Of a DNA stretch of 64,000 bases, positions 29,018-39,774 are shown in pieces. A model generated the notes under the pieces. The model did not search any database. It saw nothing but the letters and a program-made list of their open reading frames with translations, and was not told where the DNA came from. The stretch lies in contig CAWINQ010000004.1 in NCBI GenBank assembly GCA_963837545.1, positions 44,838 to 108,837 on the forward strand. Direction: 5' to 3'. Position 1 is the first letter of the stretch, and every line of letters begins with the position of its first letter. The stretch is from an uncultured Actinomycetota bacterium. Lineage in GTDB: Bacteria; Actinomycetota; Actinomycetes; Mycobacteriales; QHCD01. Made by a program: the position numbers and the translations under genes.

Positions 29018-31063
29018 TTAGTCCTGGGGCGCCATATTGGTCGTCTTCTGGACCTGCATCAGGAATTCGACGTTGGTCGCCGACTTCCGCAACCGGTCCA
29101 GGACCAGCTCAAGCGCCTGCTGGGACTCCAGGGCGTGCAGCACCCGGCGGAGCTTGATCACGATCGCCAGCTCGTCCGGCGGGAGGAGGATCTCCTCCTT
29201 CCGGGTGCCGGACGGGTCGATGTCGATCGCCGGGAACACCCGCTTGTCGGCCAGCCGGCGGTCGAGGTAGAGCTCGGCGTTGCCGGTGCCCTTGTACTCC
29301 TCGTAGATCACGGTGTCACCGGTCGACCCGGTCTGGACCAGGGCCGTGGCGATGATCGTGAGCGAGCCGCCGTTCTCGATGTTGCGGGCGGCGCCGAGGA
29401 ACCGCTTCGGCGGGTAGAGGGCGGTCGAGTCGATACCACCGGAGAGGATGCGGCCGCTGGCCGGCGACGCGTTGTTGTAGGCGCGCCCGAGCCGGGTGAT
29501 GGAGTCGAGCAGGACGACGACGTCGTGGCCGCTCTCGACCAGCCGCTTGGCCCGCTCGATCGCCAACTCCGAGACCGTGGTGTGGTCCGACGGCGGACGG
29601 TCGAAGGTCGAGGCGATGACCTCGCCCTTCACCGACCGCTGCATGTCGGTGACCTCCTCAGGCCGCTCGTCGACGAGGACGACCATGAGGTGACACTCGG
29701 GGTTGTTGGTGGTGATGGCGTTGGCGATCGCCTGCAGCACCATGGTCTTGCCCGCCTTGGGCGGGCTGACGATCAAGGCACGCTGGCCCTTGCCGATCGG
29801 CATCACCAGGTCGATCACCCGAGTGGTGAGCACGTGCGGTTCGGTCTCGAGCCGCAATCGATCCTGCGGGTAGAGCGGCGTCAGCTTGTGGAACTCGGGA
29901 CGCTTGCGCGCCTCGTCCGGCTCCAGGCCGTTGACGGTGTCGAGCCGGACCAGGGCGTTGTACTTGTCCCGCCGCTCGCCGTCGCGCGGCTGGCGCACGG
30001 CACCGGTCACCGCATCGCCGCGCCGCAGACCGTTCTTGCGGACCTGGGAGAGCGAGACGTAGACGTCGTTCGGCCCGGTCAGGTAGCCCTGGGTCCGGAT
30101 GAACGCGTAGTTGTCGAGGATGTCGAGGATCCCGGCGACCGGCAGCAGGACGTCGTCCTCGGCGATCACCGGCTCCGGCTCGCCGCCGAAGCGGTCCCGG
30201 CCGCCGCTGCCGCCGCTACGCCGCTGGCGGTCACGGAACCGGCCACGCCGACGGCGCCCGCCGCCTCCGCCGTCGTAGTCGTCGTCGCGCTGCGAGGAGC
30301 GTTGGTTGTCCTGCCGGTTGTCCGAGCGCTGGTTGTCCTGCCGGTTGTCCGAGCGCTGGCTGTCCTGCCGGTTATCCGAGCGCTGGTTGTCCTGCCGGTT
30401 GTCCGAGCGCTGACGGTTGTCCTGGCGGCGCTGGTTGTCCGGGCGGTCCGAGCGCTGGTTGTTGTCCTGCCGGTTGTCGGAGCGGTTGTCCGAGCGCTGG
30501 TTCTCCGAGCGCTGGTTCTCCGAGCGCTGGTTGTCCGACCGCTGGCCCTCGCGGGGCTTGTCGTCGGCCGACCGGCCCGGCTGATCGCCGGACGCCGCGA
30601 CGACGGCCGACTGGTCGGGAGAGCCGCCGGCGGAACCGTCGGCGGCGCTGGCCGCAGGCCGCTCGGAGCTCTCGTCACCGGAGGGCGATCCGGCGGGACG
30701 GCGGGCGGCGCGGCGACCGCGGGCGGGAGGCGCCTGCTCGGTCGCCGGCGACGGGGACGCCGCGGCCGCCGGGCGATCGGAGGAGCCGCCCTGCTTCTCC
30801 TTGATCGCGGCGATGAGGTCGCTCTTGCGCATGCGGCCGGTGTCCGCGACGCCGATGCTGCGGGCGAGCTCCTGGAGCTCGGCGAGCACCATTCCGGACA
30901 ATCCGGCACGACGACGGGGGCGAGCGGTCCCGTCCGTGGTTGGCGTGGCAGAAGAGTCGCGCGCCGACTGAGATGACCGACCGGAGGATGTGGTCGGTGG
31001 GGAAACGTCGCCCTGTGCCTGGGAGTCAGGCACGTCGGTGCGAACGTCTGTGATGTCGCTCAA
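29018..31063 (-). CDS. rho: transcription termination factor Rho with a long low-complexity N-terminal insertion
   Basis: 681 aa. Rho_N-like LSGMVLAELQELARSIGV...MRKSDLIAAIKE, Walker A PPKAGKT, and conserved C-terminal ATPase sequence. Confidence 0.95.
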   Translation of the reverse strand: MSDITDVRTDVPDSQAQGDVSPPTTSSGRSSQSARDSSATPTTDGTARPRRRAGLSGMVLAELQELARSIGVADTGRMRKSDLIAAIKEKQGGSSDRPAAAASPSPATEQAPPARGRRAARRPAGSPSGDESSERPAASAADGSAGGSPDQSAVVAASGDQPGRSADDKPREGQRSDNQRSENQRSENQRSDNRSDNRQDNNQRSDRPDNQRRQDNRQRSDNRQDNQRSDNRQDSQRSDNRQDNQRSDNRQDNQRSSQRDDDYDGGGGGRRRRGRFRDRQRRSGGSGGRDRFGGEPEPVIAEDDVLLPVAGILDILDNYAFIRTQGYLTGPNDVYVSLSQVRKNGLRRGDAVTGAVRQPRDGERRDKYNALVRLDTVNGLEPDEARKRPEFHKLTPLYPQDRLRLETEPHVLTTRVIDLVMPIGKGQRALIVSPPKAGKTMVLQAIANAITTNNPECHLMVVLVDERPEEVTDMQRSVKGEVIASTFDRPPSDHTTVSELAIERAKRLVESGHDVVVLLDSITRLGRAYNNASPASGRILSGGIDSTALYPPKRFLGAARNIENGGSLTIIATALVQTGSTGDTVIYEEYKGTGNAELYLDRRLADKRVFPAIDIDPSGTRKEEILLPPDELAIVIKLRRVLHALESQQALELVLDRLRKSATNVEFLMQVQKTTNMAPQD
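30299..30406 (-). repeat. four 27-bp tandem units inside rho (encoding SDNRQDNQR-type repeats); degenerate 15-27 bp units continue to about 30545
   Basis: Units at 30299-30325, 30326-30352, 30353-30379 and 30380-30406, counted directly. Confidence 0.85.
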
Positions 31064-31385
31064 GTGAGGGGTCCTTCCCTACGACGGTCCCATCGGAATG
31101 TGGGGCCGGTGCGGAGCGACCGGCGAGGCCGGGTGGGTCGCCCACCGTGTGGTGAACGACGATCAGGGCAGCCAGGGCGCATCCGGACTCGGTCATGATG
31201 CGCTGCAGGATCCCTGAGCCATCTGACCGAAATCTCGGAGAATGCGGGTTGTCGACGTACGCCGGAAAGAACGACTTCGGCAATTCCGCCTCGAGCACGC
31301 CCACGGGCGGCTGATGCCGCAACAGTAGTCGGTCCGCTCACCCTGGGCAACACTGACTCGCGATCCCACATTCCCCGAGCCCGCG

Positions 31386-32300
31386 TCAGGTACCCTGCCC
31401 CACCCACGCGCCCGCCTGGTCGACGGGCAGCCGGGTCACCGTCCAGCCAGTGGGTGCCCAGCGCTCGATCGGGTCGCCGGCGGCGGTCTGCCCGGCGAGG
31501 AACACGAGCACGCTCGGTCCGGCGCCCGAGATCACCGCCGGCAGTCCGGCCGCCCGCAGCCGGGCGACGAGCGCCGCCGACGCCGGAATCGCCGGCGCGC
31601 GGAACGGCTGGTGGAGCCGGTCCTCGGTCGCCGCCATCAGCAGCGCGGGATCGCGGGTCAGGGCGTGGACGAGCAGGGCGGACCGGCCGGCGTTGTGCGC
31701 GGCGTCCCCGTGCGGCACGGCCGCCGGAAGCATCCCCCGGGCCTGCGCGGTCGACGATGTGGTCGGCGGCACGAAGGCGACGGGGACGAGGTCGCGGTGC
31801 GGCTCGAGCCGCACCGCGCGGTCGTCCGCACCCTCCCGCCACGCCAGGGTCAGGCCCCCCAACAGGCACGCCGCCACGTTGTCCGGGTGCCCGTCGAGGC
31901 GGGCGGCCAGGGCGAGCGTCTGGAGGTCGTCGAGCTGTTTCGCGCCGTCCGCGACCAGCCCGCGGGCGGCCAGAACCCCTGCCACGATGGCGGCCGCCGA
32001 CGAACCCAGCCCCCGCGCCTGCGGGATCCGGTTGACGCAGCGGAGCCGCAGTCCGGGCAGGTCGGCCCCCAGGACCCCGGCGGTGGTCCGCGCGGCGGTC
32101 GCCACCAGGTGATGCTCGTCACGGGGCAACTCGTCGGCACCCTCGCCCTCGATGATCACGTCGACGCCGTCCCCTGCGGTGGCGGCCTCGATCTCGTCGT
32201 AGAGCCCCAGGGCGAGGCCGAGGGCGTCGAAGCCCGGGCCCAGGTTCGCGCTGGTCGCCGGGACCCTGATCCGCACCCGACCTGCGGTCAACCCGCTCAC
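31386..32300 (-). CDS. thrB: homoserine kinase
   Basis: [19 protein letters not shown] is the GHMP kinase N-terminal motif. Follows thrC with a 4-nt overlap. Confidence 0.93.
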   Translation of the reverse strand: MSGLTAGRVRIRVPATSANLGPGFDALGLALGLYDEIEAATAGDGVDVIIEGEGADELPRDEHHLVATAARTTAGVLGADLPGLRLRCVNRIPQARGLGSSAAAIVAGVLAARGLVADGAKQLDDLQTLALAARLDGHPDNVAACLLGGLTLAWREGADDRAVRLEPHRDLVPVAFVPPTTSSTAQARGMLPAAVPHGDAAHNAGRSALLVHALTRDPALLMAATEDRLHQPFRAPAIPASAALVARLRAAGLPAVISGAGPSVLVFLAGQTAAGDPIERWAPTGWTVTRLPVDQAGAWVGQGT

Positions 32301-33349
32301 ACCAGGCCGAGCGCGTCGGCGGCGGCCGCGGCGTCGATCGGCACGGTCACCGGCGTCGGCGCTCCGGAGATCGCCCAGTCCGGGTCCTTCAGCCCGTTGC
32401 CGGTCACCGTGCAGACCACGCGGCTGCCGGCCGGCAGCCGGCCGTCGGCCGCGGTGGCGAGGAGTCCCGCGACGCTCGCCGCCGAGGCCGGTTCGACGAA
32501 CACGCCTTCACTGCGGGCCAGCAGCCGGTAGGCCTCGAGGATCTGCCGATCGGTCACCGCGTCGATCAGGCCCTTGGACTCGTCCCGCGCCGCGACCGCA
32601 GACCCCCACGAGGCCGGCTTGCCGATCCGGATCGCGGTGGCGATCGTGATCGGCCGGTCGACCGGGGCACCGGTGACGATGGGAGCCGCGCCGGAGGCCT
32701 GGAAACCGAACATCCTGGGGCGATCGGGCACGATCCCGTCACGGTGATACTCGCCATAGCCGCGCCAGTACGCGGTGATGTTGCCCGCATTCCCGACCGG
32801 GAGGCAGTGCACGTCGGGCGCGGCGCCGAGGACGTCGCAGATCTCGAACGCCGCGGTCTTCTGGCCTTCGATGCGGTCCGGGTTGACCGAGTTGACCAGC
32901 GTCACCGGGTAGTGCTCCGCGAGGTCCCGGGCCAGCGTCAGGCAGTCGTCGAACGACCCGTCCACCTGCAACAGCTGGGCACCGTGCACGAGTGCCTGTG
33001 CCAGCTTGCCCAGCGCGATCTTGCCCTGCGGGACGAGGACCGCGCAGGTCAGCCCGCCCCGGACGGCGTAGGCGGCCGCGCTCGCACTGGTGTTGCCGGT
33101 ACTCGCACAGATCACCGCCTGGCTCCCGGCCGCGAGGGCTCGGGTGATCGCCACCGTCATGCCCCGGTCCTTGAACGACCCGGTCGGGTTGGCACCCTCG
33201 ACCTTGAGCAGCACCTCGCAGCCCGTACGCCGGGACAGCTCTGGCGCGGCGAGCAACGGCGTCGCGCCCTCGAAAAGGGTCACCACGCGGTCGTCCCGCG
33301 AGACCGGCAGCCGGTCGGCGTATTCGGCGATGACTCCGTGCCAGCTCAT
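32297..33349 (-). CDS. thrC: threonine synthase
   Basis: [12 protein letters not shown] (PLP lysine). N-terminus [14 protein letters not shown]. Confidence 0.95.
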   Translation of the reverse strand: MSWHGVIAEYADRLPVSRDDRVVTLFEGATPLLAAPELSRRTGCEVLLKVEGANPTGSFKDRGMTVAITRALAAGSQAVICASTGNTSASAAAYAVRGGLTCAVLVPQGKIALGKLAQALVHGAQLLQVDGSFDDCLTLARDLAEHYPVTLVNSVNPDRIEGQKTAAFEICDVLGAAPDVHCLPVGNAGNITAYWRGYGEYHRDGIVPDRPRMFGFQASGAAPIVTGAPVDRPITIATAIRIGKPASWGSAVAARDESKGLIDAVTDRQILEAYRLLARSEGVFVEPASAASVAGLLATAADGRLPAGSRVVCTVTGNGLKDPDWAISGAPTPVTVPIDAAAAADALGLV

Positions 33350-34644
33350 GTGACGGCCTCCCCTTCCACCCGCATCACGCTGGTGACCTCCCGGACGACG
33401 TCGAGTCCGCGCAGATCCTGCACCGTCCGGGACAACGCCGCATCGGGCGCGAGGTGACTCACCAGTACCAGGGTCGCGTCATCGCCGCGCCCTTCCTGGC
33501 GCACCGTCGAGATGCTGACGTCGTGAACGGCGAACGCGTGTGCGACCGCGGCCAGCACGCCCGCGCGGTCCCGGACGTCGAGGCTGACGTGGTAGCGGGT
33601 CATCGCCTCGCCGATCGGGCGCACCGGCAGGTCGGCGTAGGCCGATTCCCCCGCCCCGCGCCGGCCGGCCACCCGGTTGCGGGCCACCGCCACCAGGTCC
33701 CCCAGCACCGCGCTCGCGGTCGGCGGTCCCCCGGCGCCGCGACCATAGAACATGAGCTGACCCGCCGCGTCGCCCTCGACGAAGACCGCATTGAACGCGT
33801 CGCCGACGCCGGCCAGCGGATGGGTACGGGGGATCATGGCCGGGTGCACCCGCACACCGACCGACTCGCCACCCGGGCCTGCCAGCCGCTCGCAGATCGC
33901 CAACGCCTTGATCGTGCACCCCATGCTCTTGGCGCTCACGACGTCGGCCGCACTCACATCGGAGATGCCCTCGCGGTGGACGTCGGCCGCAGTGACCCGG
34001 GTGTGGAACGCCAACTCGGCGAGGATCGCGGCTTTCGCCGCCGCGTCGAACCCGTCGATGTCCGAGGTCGGGTCGGCCTCGGCGTAACCCAGCGCTGTCG
34101 CCTCCTCCAACGCCTCCCCGAACCCGGTGCCGGTCTCGTCCATCCGGGACAGCACGAAGTTGGTGGTGCCGTTGACGATGCCCATCACCCGGGTGATCCG
34201 GTCTCCGGCAAGTGATTCGCGCAGCGGCCGCAGCAGCGGGATCGCGCCCCCGACCGACGCCTCGAAGTAGAGATCGACATCGGTCGCGCGGGCGGCGGCG
34301 TGCAGCGCGGCGCCGTCCTCGGCGAGCAGTGCCTTGTTGGCGGTCACCACCGACTTCCCCGACTTCATCGCCGCCAGCAGCAGGGAACGGGCCGGTTCGA
34401 TACCGCCGATCACCTCCACCACGACGTCGACGTCGGGCCTGGTCACCAACTCGTTCGCGTCCGCGGTGAGCAGGTCGTCCGGCACGTCGTGGTGCCGCCG
34501 GGGGCGGCGTACGGCGATGCCGGCCAGCTGCACCGGCGCACCGACCCGGGCGGCGAGATCGTCGGCCTGGTGCTCGATCAGCCGGGCGACCTGGCTCCCC
34601 ACCACGCCGCACCCGAGCAGCGCGACGCGGATCGGCGCGGTCAT
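33346..34644 (-). CDS. hom: homoserine dehydrogenase
   Basis: [13 protein letters not shown] Rossmann motif with an ACT-like C-terminus. Overlaps lysA and thrC by 4 nt each. Confidence 0.95.
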   Translation of the reverse strand: MTAPIRVALLGCGVVGSQVARLIEHQADDLAARVGAPVQLAGIAVRRPRRHHDVPDDLLTADANELVTRPDVDVVVEVIGGIEPARSLLLAAMKSGKSVVTANKALLAEDGAALHAAARATDVDLYFEASVGGAIPLLRPLRESLAGDRITRVMGIVNGTTNFVLSRMDETGTGFGEALEEATALGYAEADPTSDIDGFDAAAKAAILAELAFHTRVTAADVHREGISDVSAADVVSAKSMGCTIKALAICERLAGPGGESVGVRVHPAMIPRTHPLAGVGDAFNAVFVEGDAAGQLMFYGRGAGGPPTASAVLGDLVAVARNRVAGRRGAGESAYADLPVRPIGEAMTRYHVSLDVRDRAGVLAAVAHAFAVHDVSISTVRQEGRGDDATLVLVSHLAPDAALSRTVQDLRGLDVVREVTSVMRVEGEAVT

Positions 34645-35984
34645 CGTGCCTCCTGCGTCACGACGTCCAGCCGGAGCAGGTCGTCCTCGGTCTCGCGCCG
34701 CACGATCAGCCGCGCGGCACCGTCGCGCACCGCCACCACCGCCGGTCGGGGCACGTGGTTGTAGTTACTCGCCATGCTGCGGCAGTAGGCGCCGGTGGCC
34801 GCGACGGCGAGCAGGTCACCGGGCACGACATCGGCCGGAAGCCAGGCGTCGCGGACGACGATATCCCCGCTCTCGCAGTGCTTTCCGGCCACCCGGGCGA
34901 GCATCGGTGGTGCCGAGGAGACGCGCGAGGCGAGCGTGCAGGTGTAGGTGGCGTCGTAGAGTGCGGTGCGGATGTTGTCGCTCATCCCGCCGTCGACCGC
35001 GACATAGGTGCGCAGGTCGTCGACGTTCTTGACCGTGCCGACTTCATACAGCGTGATCGTCCCCGGCCCGGCGATGGCCCGGCCGGGCTCCACCGCAAGC
35101 TTCGGGAGCGGGTATCCGATCGCCGCGCACTCGCGGCGCACGATTCCTATCAGCTGGGCGGCGACGGTGCCGATCGGGACGGGGTCGTCGGCGGGCGTGT
35201 AGGCGATGCCGAGCCCGCCGCCCAGATCGAGCAGCGGCACGGTGACCCCGAGCTCATCGCGCATCTGCGCCAGGAGTTCCACCGCGCGGTGCGCGGAGAC
35301 CTCGAAGGCCGCGGTGTCGAAGATCTGCGACCCGATGTGGCTGTGGATGCCGGCCAGCTCCAGCGACCGGTGACCGCCGACCCGGCGTACCGCCTCCAGC
35401 GCGGCCCCGGAGGCCAGCGAGAAGCCGAACTTCTGGTCCTCGTGCGCGGTGGCGATGAACTCGTGGGTGTGCGCCTCGACGCCGACCGTCGCCCGGACCA
35501 GCACGGGCTGCCGGACGCCCCGGTGCTCGGCGATCGCCGCAAGCCGGGCGATCTCGACGAAGGAGTCGACGACGATCCGCCCCACACCTGCGTCGACGGC
35601 ACGCTCCAGCTCGGAGATCGACTTGTTGTTGCCGTGTACGGCGATCCGCTCGACGGGAAAGCCCGCGCGCAGGGCGGCGGTGAGTTCGCCGCCGGTGCAG
35701 ACGTCGAGACCGAGCCCCTCGTCGGCGACCCAGCGCAACACCTCGAGGCAGCAGAACGCCTTGGCCGCGTAGTGCACGTCGGCGCCGCGGAACGCGTCGA
35801 GGAAGTCGGTACAACGGAAACGGAAATCCGCTTCGTCGACGACGTAGGACGGCGTACCGAACTGCGCAGCGAGATCACGGATGTCGACGCCGGCCGCGAG
35901 AAGTGCCCCGTCGGCACCGCGACCCAACCCACGGGGCCACACCGTCGGCGCGAGCGCCGACAGGTCGTCCGGCGGCGGCGGCAT
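34641..35984 (-). CDS. lysA: diaminopimelate decarboxylase
   Basis: [13 protein letters not shown] (PLP lysine) and LAPTVWPR near the N-terminus. ATG 35984 gives 447 aa. GTG 36071 is the ORF-track alternative. Confidence 0.9.
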   Translation of the reverse strand: MPPPPDDLSALAPTVWPRGLGRGADGALLAAGVDIRDLAAQFGTPSYVVDEADFRFRCTDFLDAFRGADVHYAAKAFCCLEVLRWVADEGLGLDVCTGGELTAALRAGFPVERIAVHGNNKSISELERAVDAGVGRIVVDSFVEIARLAAIAEHRGVRQPVLVRATVGVEAHTHEFIATAHEDQKFGFSLASGAALEAVRRVGGHRSLELAGIHSHIGSQIFDTAAFEVSAHRAVELLAQMRDELGVTVPLLDLGGGLGIAYTPADDPVPIGTVAAQLIGIVRRECAAIGYPLPKLAVEPGRAIAGPGTITLYEVGTVKNVDDLRTYVAVDGGMSDNIRTALYDATYTCTLASRVSSAPPMLARVAGKHCESGDIVVRDAWLPADVVPGDLLAVAATGAYCRSMASNYNHVPRPAVVAVRDGAARLIVRRETEDDLLRLDVVTQEAR

Positions 35985-36105
35985 ACCGGCCGGCGCCTGG
36001 GTCACGTCGGCGTGCAGCGCTCCGGCTTCATGCGTCCTCACGGCGTGCGCCGCCCCTCGTCTCCCTCGCACCCCCGCCGGTGCAGAACCCTCCGCACGGC
36101 GTCGT

Positions 36106-37779
36106 TCACATCCGCTCGGGCGCGCTCACACCCAGCAGCTCGAGCCCGTTGGCGAGCACCACCCGGGTCGCCTCGCACAGCCACAGCCGGGCCGTCGTCA
36201 ATGCGGTCGCCTCGTCGTCTCCCTGGGGCAGCACCCGACAGGCGTCGTAGAAGCGGTGGTAGGTGCCGGCGAGCGCTTCGAGGTAGCGGGCGACCCGGTG
36301 CGGTTCGCGCAGTTCTGCGGCCGCGGTGACGACACGGGGGAATTCGCCGAGTGCGGCGAGCAGGTCGGTCTCGCGCGGATGGCCGAGCAGCGCCGGGTCG
36401 AAGTCGGTGCCCCGCCCGATGCCCAGCTCGGCCGCGTTGCGTTGCAACGACGCGAGCCGGGCGTGCGCGTACTGCACGTAGAACACCGGATTGTCGCTGG
36501 TGGCACTCGCCCACAGGTCGAGGTCGAGGTCGATCGTCGAGTCCATCGACCAGCGCACCAATGCATAGCGGGCCGCGTCGGCCCCGATCGCCGCGACCAA
36601 CTCGTCGAGGGTGAGCAAATTCCCGGCCCGCTTGGACATCTTGCCGCCGTGCAGGGTGACGAACTGGCCGATGAGAATCTCCAGCGTCCGGTCCGGGTCC
36701 TCGCCGAGTCCGGCGACGAGGGCCCGCATCCGCGCGACGTAGCCGTGATGGTCGGCGCCGAGGATGATCGCCACCCGGTCGAAGCCGCGCTCCCGCTTGT
36801 CGACGTAGTAGGCCAGATCGGCGCAGAAGTAGGTGGGACGGCCCGTGCGGCGCACGATGACCCGGTCCTTGTCGTCGCCGAAGTCGGTGGTGCGCAACCA
36901 GACCGCACCGTCGGCTTCGTAGACGTGCCCGGCGTCACGAAGCCGCTGGACGACCGCATCCACCGCGCCGGAGGTGTAGAGGTTGTGCTCGTTGAAGTAG
37001 ACGTCGAAGACGACCCCGAAGTCGGCCAGCGACTGCTTGATCTCGGTGAACATCATCTGGACGCCGTCGCGGCGGAACACGTCGATCGCCTTGTCTTCAG
37101 CGGTCTTGTCCTCAGCGGTCTTGTCCTCAGCGGCGCCCAGCACGCCGGGGTTGGCCTCGACGACCCGCGCCGCGATGTCGGCGATGTAATCGCCCTGGTA
37201 ACCCTTCTCCGGGACCGGCCGGCCCGCCGCGACGGCGTAGAGCGACGCGGCGAACCGGTCGATCTGCCCGCCGGCATCGTTGAAGTAGTACTCCCGGGTG
37301 ACCGCCGCGCCGCCGGCCTGCAGGAGCCGGGCCAGCGCATCGCCCACGGCCGCCCACCGCACCGCCCCGATGTGCACCGGCCCCACCGGGTTGGCGGACA
37401 CGAACTCGAGGTTGATCTTCAGCCCCGCCAGCTGATCGGTGCGGCCATACGCCGTCCCGGCCGACACCACGGTCCGGGCCAGCTCGCCGAGCGCCGCCTG
37501 AGCGAGGGTGATATTGAGGAATCCGGGCCCGGCCACATCGACCGCTGCGACGCCGTCGTGCTCCCGGAGCCGGGCCGCGAGCAGCTCCGCGACCTCCCGC
37601 GGCGGCCGACCGGCCGGCTTGGCCAGCCGCATCGCGACATTGGTCGCGTAGTCACCGTGATCGCGGTTACGGGGTCGCTCGACCACGACGTCGCCCGGCA
37701 CCGGCACGCGCAGGGAGCCATCCTCGACGGCGCGCTGGACGGCGTCGCGGATGGCATCGGCAAGGTCGGCGGGGGTCAC
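36106..37779 (-). CDS. argS: arginine--tRNA ligase
   Basis: [14 protein letters not shown] at the N-terminus, a HIGH-type PVHIGAVR and a KMSK-type [12 protein letters not shown] 37779 is chosen by family N-terminus. The ORF track extends to 37896. Confidence 0.92.
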   Translation of the reverse strand: MTPADLADAIRDAVQRAVEDGSLRVPVPGDVVVERPRNRDHGDYATNVAMRLAKPAGRPPREVAELLAARLREHDGVAAVDVAGPGFLNITLAQAALGELARTVVSAGTAYGRTDQLAGLKINLEFVSANPVGPVHIGAVRWAAVGDALARLLQAGGAAVTREYYFNDAGGQIDRFAASLYAVAAGRPVPEKGYQGDYIADIAARVVEANPGVLGAAEDKTAEDKTAEDKAIDVFRRDGVQMMFTEIKQSLADFGVVFDVYFNEHNLYTSGAVDAVVQRLRDAGHVYEADGAVWLRTTDFGDDKDRVIVRRTGRPTYFCADLAYYVDKRERGFDRVAIILGADHHGYVARMRALVAGLGEDPDRTLEILIGQFVTLHGGKMSKRAGNLLTLDELVAAIGADAARYALVRWSMDSTIDLDLDLWASATSDNPVFYVQYAHARLASLQRNAAELGIGRGTDFDPALLGHPRETDLLAALGEFPRVVTAAAELREPHRVARYLEALAGTYHRFYDACRVLPQGDDEATALTTARLWLCEATRVVLANGLELLGVSAPERM

Positions 37780-37900
37780 TCCTGCAAGGCTACCGGGGAG
37801 ACAGGGTAAGGCTGCAGCGCGTTCCTTCCGGTCCCGACCCGGAGTGCGCACCGCCGCGGGCGGTGCCGCCGACCAGGCTGATAACCTCTCGACCACCCGG

Positions 37901-37972
37901 GCCCCCGTAGCTCAGGGGATAGAGCACCGCCCTCCGGAGGCGGGTGCGCAGGTTCGAATCCTGCCGGGGGCA
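37901..37972 (+). tRNA. tRNA-Arg (anticodon CCG)
   Basis: Hand-folded cloverleaf: acceptor GCCCCCG/CGGGGGC, D arm GCTC-AGGGGATA-GAGC, anticodon stem CCGCC/GGCGG with loop CTCCGGA, T arm GCAGG-TTCGAAT-CCTGC, discriminator A. No CCA is encoded. Confidence 0.9.
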
Positions 37973-38003
37973 CCGAGAGTTCACCCGGCGCCGGCCCGCC
38001 TCC

Positions 38004-38642
38004 TCAGGCCCGGTGGCTGCCGGCATCGTCCCGCCGCGCGTCGGCGGAATCACGGTCATCCAGCCGCGCACCGGCGGGATCGCGGTCATCCAGCCGCGCG
38101 TCGGCGGAATCGCGGTCATCCAGCGGCGCACCGGCAGAGTCGCGGTCCAGCCCGTCGCGGCCCTCGGGCACCGTGCGGCCCTCGTCCAGCGGGCGATCCT
38201 GGACCAAGGTCGGGCCGTCGACGGAGTTTCGTCCGTCGACCTCTGCGCCGTCTCGGTCGACGTCCGCGTCCCGTCGCCCCTCGGCGGGAACATCGGGGTC
38301 CACGTCGTCCGCGGCGCGCAGCCGCTCGTGTTGTTCGGCCATCCGGCGGGAAGCGTGCTCCCCGCGCTCCTCCGCCTGCAGCTGGAGCTTCTCCGCGGCG
38401 GCGGCCTGGCGGTCGGACTCCGCGCGGGCCTGACGCGCAAGCGCCTCCTTCTCGGCCGCCTCGGCCTCGTGCCGGCGCGCCGCTCGCTCGTCGGAGGCTG
38501 CGCGGCTGCGCATCTCCTCGGCTTCCCGGCGGCTCCGGTTGTCCCGCTTGGTCTGCGCACTCTTCCGGGCGGCGACGAGCACCACGGCCAGCACGATCAG
38601 CACCACGAGAACGACGATCAGCACAACACCGGTACTGCTCAC
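38004..38642 (-). CDS. hypothetical membrane-anchored protein with a charged coiled-coil-like region and an acidic C-terminal repeat
   Basis: GTG 38642 follows AGGAGGAAGCC. TM helix VVLIVVLVVLIVLAVVLVAA, then an Ala/Glu/Arg-rich stretch. The C-terminus carries RLDDRDSADA repeats encoded by 30-bp units at 38036-38155. Confidence 0.5.
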   Translation of the reverse strand: MSSTGVVLIVVLVVLIVLAVVLVAARKSAQTKRDNRSRREAEEMRSRAASDERAARRHEAEAAEKEALARQARAESDRQAAAAEKLQLQAEERGEHASRRMAEQHERLRAADDVDPDVPAEGRRDADVDRDGAEVDGRNSVDGPTLVQDRPLDEGRTVPEGRDGLDRDSAGAPLDDRDSADARLDDRDPAGARLDDRDSADARRDDAGSHRA

Positions 38643-38776
38643 GGCTTCCTCCTGGATCCAGAGTCTCGAAGGCGGGCAACATGTGCCGGACCCCGAACCG
38701 GCGCGGAGCATCACCTACCCGCTGGACCCCGCGGTAATCACCGTGTCGCGCATCGGGCAGGGGCGGCGGGCTGTAC

Positions 38777-39298
38777 TCACCGGCCCCGTCGCCCGCGGAC
38801 CATCCGCAGTTCCCAGAGCCCGGTGTCGTCGTCGACCTGCCGCTGACCGTCCGGCTCGAATCCGTGCCTGCGGTAGAACCGGTGCGCTCTCGGGTTGTCC
38901 TCGAAGACCCACAGCCGCGCGGGCGAGGAGCCGATCGCCTGCTCCAGCAATACCGCCGCAATCCCCGAACCGCGGTAGTCCGCCGCGACGTAGAGGCTCT
39001 TCAGTTCCAGGCGGGGTGCCGGCCACTCGTCGTTGCCGTCCGCCCAGCTGGCGACGCCGACCATCCGCTCGCCGACCACGGCGAGAACGGCCCGTCGGGC
39101 CCCGCTGACGAGCCGGTCGCGCCAACGCTGCGCCCGGTCGTCGACATCGACCCGGTCGAGGTATTCCTGCGGGACGAGCCCCCGATAGGCCTCCCGCCAG
39201 CATTCGGTGTGGAACTGCGCGAGCGACCGGCTGTCCGACGCCTCTGCGGACCGCAGCAGAGCCGCCGGGGCGCCGGTCGGGAGGCGTTCTCTCGGCAC
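38777..39298 (-). CDS. GNAT family N-acetyltransferase
   Basis: LYVAADYRGSGIAAVLLEQAI (acetyl-CoA binding R-x-x-G-x-G/A) and RFYRRHGFEP. Confidence 0.75.
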   Translation of the reverse strand: MPRERLPTGAPAALLRSAEASDSRSLAQFHTECWREAYRGLVPQEYLDRVDVDDRAQRWRDRLVSGARRAVLAVVGERMVGVASWADGNDEWPAPRLELKSLYVAADYRGSGIAAVLLEQAIGSSPARLWVFEDNPRAHRFYRRHGFEPDGQRQVDDDTGLWELRMVRGRRGR

Positions 39299-39402
39299 AG
39301 CGGCAGTGTGTCACGCGACCGTCCGAATGAGGACCAATGGCCCCACCACGGGCGGGACGACGGGCGCACACTGGACACAGCGCTCACGGGGAGGGGTCGA
39401 CC

Positions 39403-39774
39403 ATGAGGTACGGAACGACTGTCCAGGACGAGTTGCATGGCCCTACCCGGGATCTCCGCCGGTCGATCCCGACCGTCTATCAGGGATTTGCCCACCTGCA
39501 CGATGCGGCTCTCGCACCGGGTTCCGTGGACGCCAAGACCAAGGAGCTCATCGCGCTGGCGATCGCCGTCAGCAAGGAGTGCGACGGGTGCATCGCCGCG
39601 CATGCGAGGGGTGCGGCGGGCAAGGGCGCGACCCCGGAGGAGGCGGCGGAGACGATCGGGGTGGCGATCCTGATGAACGGCGGCCCGGGCACGGTCTACG
39701 GACCCCGAGCCTTCGCGGCATTCCAGGAGTTTTACGACGCACAGACCCGCCGGGCCGAGCCGGCGCTCAAGTGA
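39403..39774 (+). CDS. carboxymuconolactone decarboxylase / AhpD-like family protein
   Basis: KELIALAIAVSKECDGCIAAH (the AhpD-type CxxC). ATG 39403 follows GGGGAGGGG. Confidence 0.8.
   Translation: MRYGTTVQDELHGPTRDLRRSIPTVYQGFAHLHDAALAPGSVDAKTKELIALAIAVSKECDGCIAAHARGAAGKGATPEEAAETIGVAILMNGGPGTVYGPRAFAAFQEFYDAQTRRAEPALK

Noticed and set aside
31026-31322. 98-aa minus-strand ORF inside the thrB-rho spacer.
   Set aside because: It has poor G/C third-position bias, overlaps the rho start in another frame and has no motif. I treat it as non-coding leader, though a short regulatory uORF cannot be excluded.
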